From: Macrostomum lignano
Taxonomy: Eukaryota
Direction: 5' to 3'
Assembly (NCBI GenBank): GCA_002269645.1
Contig: NIVC01001623.1
Coordinates: 1 to 64,000 of the forward strand
DNA length: 64,000 nucleotides
Shown piece by piece: positions 20,223 through 33,847 of the stretch (its first letter is position 1; each line of letters starts with the position of its first letter). The position numbers and the translations under genes were made by a program. Below the pieces are notes generated by a model that saw only the letters and a list, made by a program, of their open reading frames with translations, made no database searches and was not told the DNA's origin.

Positions 20223-20844
20223 AGGCCTAAACTCCACATTGCTCAAAAGAATTTTTATTTTGACACTAATGCTGTTGCCATCAACGGTAATTAAGATTTT
20301 CATTAACGATGGCGAACACTGATGAAGTTATAAGGCGTCATGATTACCCCCCCCCCTCATTTCGTTATGAATAAAATTTCTGGCTACGTATAAATACTTC
20401 GTCGAACGAATCTTTCCAAGAAGAGTCTTGAATGCAGTCAGTCCAGCAAATAAGTGCTGCAATGCAGACGTTACATGGAAGTATATTTAAGGGATTATGT
20501 TATCGGTAATCAGAATAATTCTGAGCGTAGACCGCCCAGCCAATCTTGAAGCTTTGAAATTCAGTACGGCTCGTATCACGTTTTTTGGACATGAATCTGA
20601 GAATGAACTGAGTCAGTACGTGAGCCGTTAGTAGCGCAACTGTACTGATATTTTTACTTTGCTTGACTGGCTGGCTGACAAAGCTGGCCAGCGCTATACT
20701 GGTGGTATCGATTCCTGCCTCACAGACCGTGCAGTGGTACTAAAAATAGAACAGCTTTTCAGTTTTTGCAAGTTCCGAGAATCAACCAACATGGAACCAA
20801 CTAGGTATTCCTTCCCCCAATTTGCTGAGATCTGCAGGGGCTGA

Positions 20845-20973
20845 AGCCTCATTCACACTGCCTTCAAATTAGCCGCCAAAGCACACGAACAATGTACAAA
20901 GGAACCAAATTTGGTGTACAAGTTTTGTGATCACACGAAATTTGGTATTATTTGATGGCGGTGTGAACGAGCC
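20845..20973. mobile_element. Possible degenerate ~130-bp MITE
   Basis: GCCTCATTCACACTGCCTTCAAAT versus reverse complement GGCTCGTTCACACCGCCATCAAAT; ~25-bp imperfect TIR; TSD not evident. Confidence 0.35.
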
Positions 20974-21523
20974 TTTAGAGCAGCTGTGGCTAAAAATAGA
21001 GAGTCGCTTCACAAGCCGCTCGTAAAAATTTCACAAACCAAGAAAAAGCTTTAGCAATCAATTTCACATACATGAAGCTTCACAAGTTGGAAAATTCGCT
21101 TCGCAGAAAAAGGCTTCAGAACTCTGCCCTCACAAACTGTGTACTAACTTCAAAACAGGGACCGCAGCCTCCCTAAAGCCAGCGGCCCAGGCTCGATTCC
21201 CAGTGCAGTCACATTAATTTGGGACTAAACTGGAATCGCATCTTGGCTCTGCTCGTGCAATTGACGCTATTGAGGGCCAACCCTAAAGTGTTATATGCCA
21301 AACGATAAAGTTGGGACCGCTTGCGAATGACTGCGTACGTATCCTTGCGCTTGTGTGCCTGTTTAGGGGAGCCGGCGGAATGGGCAGCAATGTGACAATG
21401 TCGCATATAGCCACCTGCCTATAATACAAAATAGTAACTTCAAAACAAAATAAGCCGTTTGCAGATTAACAACGCTAACTGCGACGCCTCCGATCGCGGT
21501 GTCCCTCACCTCAGCCAGCTCGA

Positions 21524-22174
21524 TCACTGCTGGCCCATCAAACAGATTGTCTTTCCGGCCAAAGTTCCAATCTGTTCGAATCCGCAGCGTTTCAGCTGTC
21601 TCACGGGCTCGATGTTGTTGTCGATCACGAAGATCCTGCTGGCTTCATCTCGGAGCAGCTCAGGCAGGCGGTTGGAGACGAATTCCAGCTTCTTCTTCAC
21701 TTCAGCGAAGCTCAAAATGATGAAGTCGAATCGCTTTCCACTTCTGCGAGCGAATTCAAAATACCGCTGCATGCTGCAAAAGTAAAATTTATCTCGGAAG
21801 TTCTCGATCGGTCCCCGCCTTTCGATGGCGTCTGTCTTAGCGCTGAAGCTGTCCAGCGACCACTCATAGCGGTCAACTCCCGTGACCTTGACGGTCAGGG
21901 GCTCCAATTCCTCCATGAGGCACACGGACTGGAAGACCTGCATGGCCGCCAGCAAGTCGGAGCCGGGACCGCAGCCCAGCGACAGCACCCGGTAGCTGGT
22001 CCTGTCAGAGGACATGATGGCGGCATGCATCTCCTTCCTGATGAGGCTGTACACGATTTCTTTCTTCTTGACCATCTCAAATCTTGTGTATTCGTTGCGG
22101 AACTCCTCGCTTCGCCAAAATTCCAGGTTTCCTTTGTCCTTGGACCCGTTCCAGCGCTGGTAGATTTCCGGCAT
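21524..22174 (-). CDS. Class I SAM-dependent methyltransferase (216 aa, single exon)
   Basis: Motif I RVLSLGCGPGSDLL; motif II VTGVD; FDFIILSF; IFVIDN. A TTTTTTAG acceptor sits 13 nt upstream of the ATG with the frame still open. Confidence 0.85.
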   Translation of the reverse strand: MPEIYQRWNGSKDKGNLEFWRSEEFRNEYTRFEMVKKKEIVYSLIRKEMHAAIMSSDRTSYRVLSLGCGPGSDLLAAMQVFQSVCLMEELEPLTVKVTGVDRYEWSLDSFSAKTDAIERRGPIENFRDKFYFCSMQRYFEFARRSGKRFDFIILSFAEVKKKLEFVSNRLPELLRDEASRIFVIDNNIEPVRQLKRCGFEQIGTLAGKTICLMGQQ

Positions 22175-23008
22175 TTCAAAGGCGAATCTAAAAAACTGGG
22201 TCTGATGCAGTAGAAGCTTTGCTTTGCTTTACAGCGCGCAGAGCTTTAAGTTGAAAATAGACGGAATTTCCGCGGGAAATCCGTGGCAATGTTGCACACA
22301 AAAACGCCCATATATATGCCGCTTTTGCGTACTATAGAATGAAACTTTATTTATATACATGACAGCTCCGGAAAGTACATTTATAACATGAGTCCCTTGC
22401 CCGCCTTCCTTATTGGTTCAATGCTTCCCATGCAGCTATTGGAAAGTGAGCATACTCTAAGCAAGGGCTACTCAAAGTAGAAGGACGGGAAATCTCGTTT
22501 CTGGGGAAAATTTTAGGGCGTAGGTTTGTCAAAAAATACACTACGGGGATTAGAAAGTTCTCCTTTTTTAAGCGCAAAAATTTTTATTGCTTTCGATAGG
22601 AGGCAGACCCAATGTTCATCCTTTGATATGTTGTGCCTTTCTTGTAGCTCTATTGATATTCATAAAGCTTTTCGCTCAGAAATTTTCGATTCTATGTTCA
22701 TTTTTTATTCTATATAAAATTGTACAGTTTTTTCATTCTATTTTGTCATTATTAGCCGTCTGAGTACCACTATGTGTAACAGAGATGATAAAATAGATTC
22801 ATAAAACCAGTGAGTCGAGCTGTGCCATGCATTTCTATGATTTTTAACAGGGAATGTACGTGCATATAGAATAAAATGCAGTAGTCGGAGATAACAACTA
22901 CAAATTTGTTTTGAATGAGCAGATAAATGCATCAGGGGGTGCCGGACTGACACAAGACAGAATAAGCTGAGAGACAGCATTGCAAGCTGAGCACTGGAAC
23001 TCTCAATA

Positions 23009-24251
<1,243 letters not shown>

Positions 24252-24475
24252 ATAAAACTCATTACATTGCGCTTTGTGTTCAGCTCAGAATGCAGCCGTG
24301 TTCGGGTCGCTAAATCGGCGCAAAGCCATAGACAGCAAAGCAGCTCTATAGAGTAATCGAACATTCGGCAGGAACCAGAAATCCAGAAGCACTAGGGACA
24401 CGAGGATTTTCAGCTATAGGGAACAATTTTAAATCTACCGAGACGAGCCGTTAAAATATTCAAAGCTCATCATGG

Positions 24476-27400
24476 ATGACGATAAAACTCTGTAAGTCCC
24501 GGCTGAGGCCATTCCTGTTCTGGGTAATCATGAAGGCAGTTGCGAGTTTTTATATTCAAACTGATGGGGTGCAAAAACTTCTCATTGCTTCCCTCAGCTG
24601 CCTTCATCTCATGAAGGAGGCCATTGGCATCTGCGGCACCGCGGGCCTCCTGGTGCTCATCTTTAGCGTCAACCTCCTCTGCTCCACCAACTTCTTCCGC
24701 CGGCAGCTGGTCCGGTTTCCCGTGTTCCTGCAGATCCGCGACCTGTGCGAGATCGCCACCAACAACTGGGCGATGTGGGGCAAAGCGATGGTGAGGTCCA
24801 GAATCCAGGATTGTCTGGAACTTTATTTCAGGATGAGCTGATGCTGAGTGTCGGTGTGAGTTGATGCTGAGTGTCTGTGTGAGCTGATGCTGAGCTTCTG
24901 TGAGTTGATGCTGAGTGTCTGTGTGAGTTGATGCTGAGTATCTGCGTGAGTTGATGCTGAGTGTCTGTGTGAGTTGATGCTGAGTGTCTGCGTGAGTTGA
25001 TGCTGAGTGTCTGTGTGAGTTGATGCTGAGTGTCTGTGTGAGTTGATGCTGAGTGTCTGTGTAAGTTGATGCTGAGTGTCTGTGTGAGTTGATGCTGAGT
25101 GTCTGTGTGAGTTGATGCTGAGTGTCTGTGTGAGTTGATGCTGAGTGTCTGTGTAAGTTGATGCTGAGTGTCTGTGTGAGCTGATGCTGAGTGTCTGGAT
25201 GAGCTGATGCTGAGTGTCTGTGTGAGCTGATGCTGAGTGTCTGTGTGAGTTGATGCTGAGTGTCTGTGTAAGTTGATGCTGAGTGTCTGCCTGAGTTGAT
25301 GCTGAGTGTCTGTGTGAGCTGATGCTGAGTGTCTGGATGAGCTGATGCTGAGTGTCTGTGTGAGCTGATGCTGAGTGTCTGTGTGAGCTGATGCTGAGTG
25401 TCTGGATGAGCTGATGCTGAGTGTCTGTGTGAGCTGATGCTGAGTGTCTGTGTGAGCTGATGCTGAGTGTCTGTGTGAGCTGATGCTGAGTGTCTGGATG
25501 AGCTGATGCTGAGTGTCTGTGTGAGCTGATGCTGAGTGTCTGTGTGAGTTGATGCTGAGTGTCTGTGTAAGTTGATGCTGAGTGTCTGCCTGAGTTGATG
25601 CTGAGTGTCTGTGTGAGCTGATGCTGAGTGTCTGGATGAGCTGATGCTGAGTGTCTGTGTGAGCTGATGCTGAGTGTCTGTGTGAGCTGATGCTGAGTGT
25701 CTGGATGAGCTGATGCTGAGTGTCTGTGTGAGCTGATGCTGAGTGTCTGTGTGAGCTGATGCTGAGTGTCTGTGTAAGTTGATGCTGAGTGTCTGTGTGA
25801 GCTGATGCTGAGTGTCTGGATGAGCTGATGCTGAGTGTCTGTGTGAGCTGATGCTGAGTGTCTGTGTGAGTTGATGCTGAGTGTCTGTGTAAGTTGATGC
25901 TGAGTGTCTGCCTGAGTTGATGCTGAGTGTCTGTGTGAGCTGATGCTGAGTGTCTGGATGAGCTGATGCTGAGTGTCTGTGTGAGCTGATGCTGAGTGTC
26001 TGTGTGAGCTGATGCTGAGTGTCTGGATGAGCTGATGCTGAGTGTCTGTGTGAGCTGATGCTGAGTGTCTGTGTAAGTTGATGCTGAGTGTCTGTGTGAG
26101 CTGATGCTGAGTGTCTGTGTGAGCTGATGCTGAGTGTCTGTGTGAGCTGATGCTGAGTGTCTGGATGAGCTGATGCTGAGTGTCTGTGTGAGCTGATGCT
26201 GAGTGTCTGTGTAAGTTGATGCTGAGTGTCTGTGTGAGCTGATGCTGAGTGTCTGGATGAGCTGATGCTGAGTGTCTGTGTGAGCTGATGCTGAGTGTCT
26301 GTGTGAGCTGATGCTGAGTGCCTCGGTGAGCTGATGCTGGGTAATCTGTACCGAGTGGGTGCTAAATGTACTTTCCTTGCAAAATTTCAGAGCGCCTTGT
26401 GGAGTTTCTTCAGCCTTGCGTCATTCGGCTTCTTTGTAGCGCACACTGTGATGTGAGGGCGGGCAGCAGTTGCTGAGCTGTCAGGCGCAAACCAGTGACT
26501 CGTCAAAATGACATTTTTACTCACCTTAAGTCCTTTTCTTTAGTAACTTTACAGCATTATTTCAAACAATACATTGCAGGCACCCGAGACAGGTTGTGTT
26601 CAAGAAAAATCAAGTGGACGACATCTTGGTGTACATAGACTTGGGACTAAACATTTACTTTGTTATCTTCTTCATCATTAGGGTGAGGCCCGTCTGAAAC
26701 ACTCTTAAGAAAAGTAGAAGAGAGTAGGATGAGAGGGCAAAGCAGAAGAGAAGTGAGTAGAGGAAAGGAGATGAGATGAGATGAGATGAGATGAGATGAG
26801 ATGAGATGAGATGAGATGAGATGAGATGAGATGAGATGAGATGAGATGAGATGAGATGAGATGAGATGAGATGAGATGAGATGAGATGAGATGAGATGAG
26901 ATGAGAGAGGAGGAGATGAGATGAGATGAGAGGAGATGAGATGAGAGGAGGGTAGAGGCAAGAACTGCAGACAATCGGTGCATTCCAATAAAATTCAACA
27001 GTTCATCGGCACGAATGACAAGAGGAGTTTTATCGTGAGCTCCAGCACGTGGATGGAGGTGCTGACCATCGGGCCCGCTCTCGCCGCCATCGTGGGAGAG
27101 CAGAAGCAGCTCAGTGAGTGCTTGACCTGCTGCCCTCTCGCCATGCTGTCCGCACGCCGACGTCCATTTTGCCCCCCCCCCCTCGACCCACTCCGCAGTG
27201 TTCAGCTTCCTCCGAGCGTTGCGCCTCAACTGCCTCAAAGACCTTCTGTTCGTTGTTGGGATCGTGCGCCGCTCACAGATGAAGACGCTGGTCAACATCA
27301 CCATCAACATCATCTGCTTCTGGTTCGTCTTCGCCGGGATCGTCTACCAGGTGGGAAGCTGAACTGCCGCATTTAGCTGGGACCCACACCTGCCAGCCCA

Positions 27401-30400
27401 CACCTGCCAGCCCACACATGCCAGCCCACACCTGCCAGCCCACACCTGCCAGCCCACACATGCCAGCCCACACCTGCCAGCCCACACCTGCCAGCCCACA
27501 CCTGCCAGCCCACACCTGCCAGCCCACACAACCCTGCCTGCCAGTCCAACTAATCAGACTGGATTCCAAGCCCGCAATCTCCGGGCCGCAGGAGCGCATT
27601 GCCTGTCTGTCCGCACTCAAAGTTTCCGATCGCAATTGAATTTCAGACGGAGAACATGACCGGCTTCAAATTGGATGGCTGGAAATTCTGCCCGGAGAGC
27701 CCCGAGGGTCACATTGGCGGCATGAGCTTCTTCACCAGCCTGTACTTCCTGCTGGTCACGGCCAGCAGTGTGGGCTTCGGTGACATCACCCCCAGCAACA
27801 ATTACACTAAAGGGGTGCTCATCTTCTTTGTCGCTCTCGCTGTGGTGAGTTTGACAGCAGTCACCTGCCTTCAGCACAGCCCACAGCACAGCCCCACAGC
27901 ACACACAGTCCAACGGCACAGCCCACAGCACACACAGCCCCAGAGCACAGCCCACAGCACAACCCACAGCGCACACAGCCCCACAGCACACACAGCCCCA
28001 CAGCACACACAGGCCCACAGCACACACAGCCCCACAGCACACACAGCCCCACAGCACACACAGCCCCACAGCACACACAGCCCCACAGCACACACAGCCC
28101 CACAGCACACACAGCCCCACAGCACAGTCCTCAGCACAGTCTACAACACAGCCCGACAACACAGCCCCACAACACAACCCTACAACACAACCCTACAACA
28201 CACCCTACAACACAACCCTACAACACAACCCTACAACACAACCCTACAACACAACCCTACAACACAACCCTACAACACAACCCTACAACACAGCCCACAG
28301 CACAACCCTACAACACAACCCTACAACACAACCCTACAACACAACCCTACAACACAACCCTACAACACAGCCCACAGCACAACCCTACAACACAACCCTA
28401 CAACACAGCCCACAGCACAACCCTACAACACAACCCTACAACACAACCCTACAACACAGCCCACAGCACAACCCTACAACACAACCCTACAACACAACCC
28501 TACAACACAACCCTACAACACAACTCTACAACACAACCCTACAACACAACCCTACAACACAACCCTACAACACAACCCTACAACACAACCCTACAACACA
28601 GCCCACAGCACAGCACAGCCCCACAGCAGTGCAGGTCAACAGAGGCCATCCGCCTCCCACACCTCAGCAACCACCCGCCTCCCACACCTCAGCAACCACC
28701 CGCCTCCCAAACCTCAGCAACCACCACTCAGCATCTCGTAAAGCCACACAAACTAGTTTCATCCATTGCCCGTTCGCAGACATTTTTCGCGTCAATTATC
28801 CCGGACATCTACGCCGTGTGCTCGGTGCCGCAAAACTTCGGCAATCGGTCATTTTACACGGGAGCCAGCGAGGGGTGAGCGGCGCCTGTTAGCGACCTGA
28901 TTTTTCAACCGATTGTCACAGTACTTGAGAATATTCCCACTTTGACTCCAGGCACATCATCTACTGCGGCTCCTCTCAGCTGAACAAGCTCAAGTCCTTC
29001 TTCTGGAACTTCTACCACAATATTTCTCTGTCAACTGACGGAATTATCAGGGTCTGCTTTCTGCAAAGGTGAGAGAGAAGTTCATGACTTTGTTTCTTTA
29101 AGGCGCTGTGAATTAGTACTGTTGCGATCGGCTTTGAGCATTCAGCAACTAATACCCCTAGCAACCAACCGCCTCCTACATCTTAACAACCACCCGCTTC
29201 CCACACCTCAGCAACCAGGTCTCCGAGCAGATCATGTGGTTCCTGCGCTCATTCTGCGGTCGCATCACGGTGGTGTTCGGCAGCCCTAGCGACGCCGAGT
29301 TCCTGATCCAGGGCTGCAAGCTGAACTCCGCCGAGGCCATCATCCTCACCTCGGAGGCTGGCAGCGCTCACTCGGACTTTGAAGCGGACCGCATCAACTA
29401 TGTGCGCACCATCGGCCTGAAGCTCTGCTCCCCCCAGTGCCGCACCATAGTGCAGATCAAGAGCATGTTTCACAAAGTGAGTCATTGTGCAGATCAAAAG
29501 CATGTTTCACAAAGTGAGTCATTGTGCAGATCAAGGGCATGTTTCACAAAGTGAGTCATTGTGCAGATCAAGAGCATGACCCAACCGCAATCCCTCAGCA
29601 ATGTCCGCGGCTCACTGTCATGCACACACAGCAATGTCCGCAGCTCACTGTCATGCACACACAGCAATGTCCGCAGCTCACTGCCATGCACACACAGCAA
29701 TGTCCTCAGCTCATTGCCTGACCAACTGCCCCCCCTCAGCAATCGTTCCGTGCGCTGCCGCTGTGGCGCACCAAGCAGGGCAAGCCGGGCTCGCTGCCAC
29801 CAGATGCGGTTCTGTGCGACAACCAGGTGCTGCTGGGCCTCATGGGCATCAACTCGGTGGCACCCGGACTGGCCACTCTGCTCATCAACCTGCTCAGCTA
29901 TCGCGAGTCCCAGAGCTCAGAAGAAGACGAACTCAATGCAGCTTCCAGCGGCAACGCCGGTGACAGCGGGGGCGGCGCCGCCTCGGGTGACCTCGTGGAC
30001 TACTCGGGCGCCGGGAGGCGGCTCGGGTCCAAGAGCACCAGCTGGCGCACCGCCTACAGCGCTGGCATCCAGGTGAAAATCTACTGCGTCGGCTTCACGG
30101 CGAAGCACCGGGACCGCAGCTTCAAGAAGCTCGCGCTGGAGGCCTACCAGGTAAACCGCTTGCTGCTCTCGAGGTCTGCCCTGTTCCCGACAGCAGCAAT
30201 AAAAACACAGCACCCCCGCTCCTCAGACATACAGCATCCTGCTGATGGGCGTCTGCATGGTGGACAAGCTGACGGGCGTGCTGACCGGGGTCATCAACCC
30301 CGCCTTTGACCCCGGATTCGTCATCAACCCTAGCACCATGAAGGCCTTCCTAATGAGCCGCGACACTGAGTCCGTCCGGAGGTTTGCGGCCGGCACGGCC

Positions 30401-33400
30401 AATGACTTCAGTGGCGTTTTGGTGCACAGTGAGTGCTACACCCTGGATTCACCCAGCATTCACACAGCATTCACACAGCATTCACACAGCATTCACACAG
30501 TATTTAGCCAGCATTCACACAGCATTCACACAGCATTCACCCAGCATTCTCACAGCATTCACACAGCATTCACACAGTATTCATACAGCATTCACACAGC
30601 ATTCACACAGCATTCACACAGCATTCACACAGCATTCACACAGCATTCACACAGTATTTAGCCAGCATTCACACAGCATTCACACAGCATTCACACAGTA
30701 TTTAGCCAGCATTCACACAGCATTCACACAGCATTCACACAGCATTCACACAGTATTTAGCCAGCATTCACACAGCATTCATACAGTATTCATACAGCAT
30801 TCACACAGCATTCCCACAGCATTCACATAGTATTCATCTACCATTCACCAAAGTCACAAAAATTCACCCAGTATTCGGCCACCGAAATTCACCCACCCTT
30901 TAACCAGATATCAGCAGCAGCAGAGGCTACGAAGGCGTGGAAGCCGGCCGCGGGGGTGGCGGCGGCGGCGGCGGCGGCGGGGGCGGCGGTGCAGGAGGAG
31001 GCGGCAGCAGCGGCGGAGGTCTCAAAGAAGACTTCGTGGCGGTGCTGGACACCCTCACCGATGACCAGAGCACAATTCCCGACCCGGAGCTGTCGTACAG
31101 GGCGGAGCTGGAAGACACGGAGTGAGTGGGCGGGCAGCCAGCAGCTGCTGCTGTTCTCGCCCATTTTTCCACCCCATGCTGAATACCCACCGCCCCTTGC
31201 ACTCACTGACCCCGCAGCACCAGCCACACCGGCGACGAATCCGTCACGGCAGGAGTTGGCTTTGACCTCACGGGCGATGTGGGTGAGTTGCTACGGAGAC
31301 AGTCGAGCTCCTCAATCTGCTCCTTCATTCACGAGCTGGACTAGCAATCCATTCTATTCCTGCACCCATGATAGGCTAGATTAGCAATCCATTCTATTCC
31401 TGCACCCATGATAGGCTAGATTAGCAATCCATTCTATTCCTGCACCCATGATAGGCTAGATTAGCAATCCATTCTATTCCTGCACCCATGATAGGCTAGA
31501 TTAGCAATCCATTCTATTCCTGCACCCATGATAGGCTAGATTAGCAATCCATTCTATTCCTGCACCCATGATAGGCTAGAGGACAATATTCAGAGGACAA
31601 TACTGAAGAAGTCATCGAGACGCACCAGCCGCTCTCCGCAACCCCCCCCCTCCCTACAGACTGGTCGGACGTGCCGCTGCTCAGGTTCCAAGGCCAGCTT
31701 CAGCAGCAGACAGTTCGCCGAGCCTCCGCCATCACCGGTCACGAGGAGGAGCACCGCCTGGAGAACTGGTTCCGCGACAGCGTCGACGCCCGCTGCAGCA
31801 CGAAGCGCGAGCTGCACGCCGCCGAGCACGAGGTGCCGCCGCTGCTGGACATCACCGGCACACTGCACTGGGCGCCGAATCGGCGCTGCCGGAAGCTCAG
31901 CGTCGACGAGGCCAAGGAAATCGAGTTCCGGGGCCACACCCTGGTGGCCATCATCGGCTCCCTGAAGCACCCGATCGGCATGTCCTCGCTGGTGCTGCCG
32001 CTCCGCAACTGCTCCATCCCCGCCGAGCAGCTTAGCGACATCGTCATCCTCGGCGACGCCGAGTCCATCGAGCAGCACGAGTGGCGCGGCATCCGCAACT
32101 TCCCCTTCATCTACGTGGTTGACGGCAACGGCATCTTCCCGCAGCACCTGCTGTACTGCCGCGCCCACCAGGCCGCCGCCATGACCGTCATCAACCTCGC
32201 CGAGCGGTCTTCCTCCTGCGACCCCTTCTTGGCCGACAAGATGACCCTGCTGTGCACTGAGAACCTGCGCGGCATCGGCGCCAAGGACTGTCACGTGACC
32301 TCGGAGCTGTACTACTCGCCCAACGCGTACTGCTTCTCCGACCCGACCGAGCGCCTGACGGACATCTCCGCGGCCGACGTGATGGACACGCAGTCATTCG
32401 CCGAAGGACTTGTCGTGTCGTCGCCAAACCTGACGGGCCTGCTGGCGTCCGTGTACTTCTGCCCGGAGTCCCTGGCCTTCCTGGAGTCCATCATCCACGG
32501 CTCCAACCAGCCCAGCGTGGACGACTACCTCAGCCTGGACTTCTGCATCCCCAGCTGCCTGAGCCGCGGGGACCTGACGGAGCACAGCCGCGTCTACGGC
32601 TTCCGCCTGATGCTGCTGAAGTCGACCGACTTCCCGCTGAAGGACATCTTCCAGCTGTTCGACTGCAAGGTTTGCCGTTTAGTTGCTGGCTACTGAGGGT
32701 GGCTGTGATAGCGGCCAGTTTATGAGCCAGCTTCCGGTTTACCGTATAAGGTAACTTGAATCACTTCCGGTTTGCAGTATAGGGTAGCTTGAATCACTTC
32801 CGGTAGCAGTATAGAGTGGCTTGAATCACTTCCGGGTTGCAGTATAGGGTGGCTTGAATCACTTCCGGTAGCAGTATAGAGTGGCTTGAATCACTTCCGG
32901 GTTGCAGTATAGGGTAGCTTGAATCACTTCCGGTTTACCGTATAGGGTAGCTAGAATCACTTCCGGTTTGCAGGAGATGAAGTGGGAGGACCTGGTTATC
33001 AGCTGCCTGGACAGGTTCGAGATCATGTGTCTGGGCGTCTACCGCAGGCGTGCCGTGAAGAAAAAGGACAAATCTTCAGACACCACCAGCGGATGGTTTG
33101 TGATGACCTTCCCGGAACCGGACACGCAGATCGACCAGAAGGACAGGGTGAGAGTTTAAGTTGGAAAGTCTTTGAAGCTGCAGCTTTGTGGTAGGCAATG
33201 TAGCTTTGTGGTAGTCAATGTAGCTTTGTGGTAGGCAATGTAGATTTGTGGTAGTCAATGTAGCTTTGTGGTAGGCAATGTAGATTTGTGGTAGGCAATG
33301 TAGATTTGAGGTAGGCAATGTAGATTTGTGGTAGGCAATGTAGATTTGTGGTAGGCAATGTAGATTTGTGGTAGGCAATGTAGCTTTGTGGTAGGCAATG

Positions 33401-33797
33401 TAGCTTTTTGGTAGGCAATGTAGATTTGTGGTAGGCAATGTAGATTTGTGGTAGGCAATGTAGATTTGTGGTAGGCAATGTAGATTTGTGGTAGGCAATG
33501 TAGATTTGTGGTAGGCAATTTAGCTTTGTGGTAGGCAATGTAGATTTGTGGTAGGCAATTTAGCTTTGTGGTAGGCAATTTAGCTTTGTCGTAGGCAATT
33601 TAGATTTGTGGTAGGCAATTCAGCTGATGGTGTACCTGTGTTTCTGGTAGAAAAAGTGGCACATATGGTATAGGCGGGTGGATCTGACGGTGAATGCTTT
33701 CCAGTGCTTTCCTTTGCTAATTTCAATTTTTTTTCTTCAGATTTTCTGCTTTGCTCCGCCGTCCTCAAGCCAGCAGCAGCAGCATGTTCAGGAGCAT

Positions 33798-33847
<50 letters not shown>

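Noticed and set aside
22261-22284. 24-bp near-palindrome ACGGAATTTCCGCGGGAAATCCGT upstream of the stand-alone MTase
   Set aside because: Single occurrence; cannot be distinguished from chance.
24831-26340. CTGATG-containing units as hammerhead ribozyme cores
   Set aside because: No CTGANGA...GAAA core and no flanking stems; no convincing hammerhead was found anywhere in the window.
27599-28741. 380-aa ORF with pore helix plus His/Thr/Gln repeats
   Set aside because: Only 27647-27844 is exon; the rest is read-through into the intron 6 minisatellite past a GTGAGT donor.
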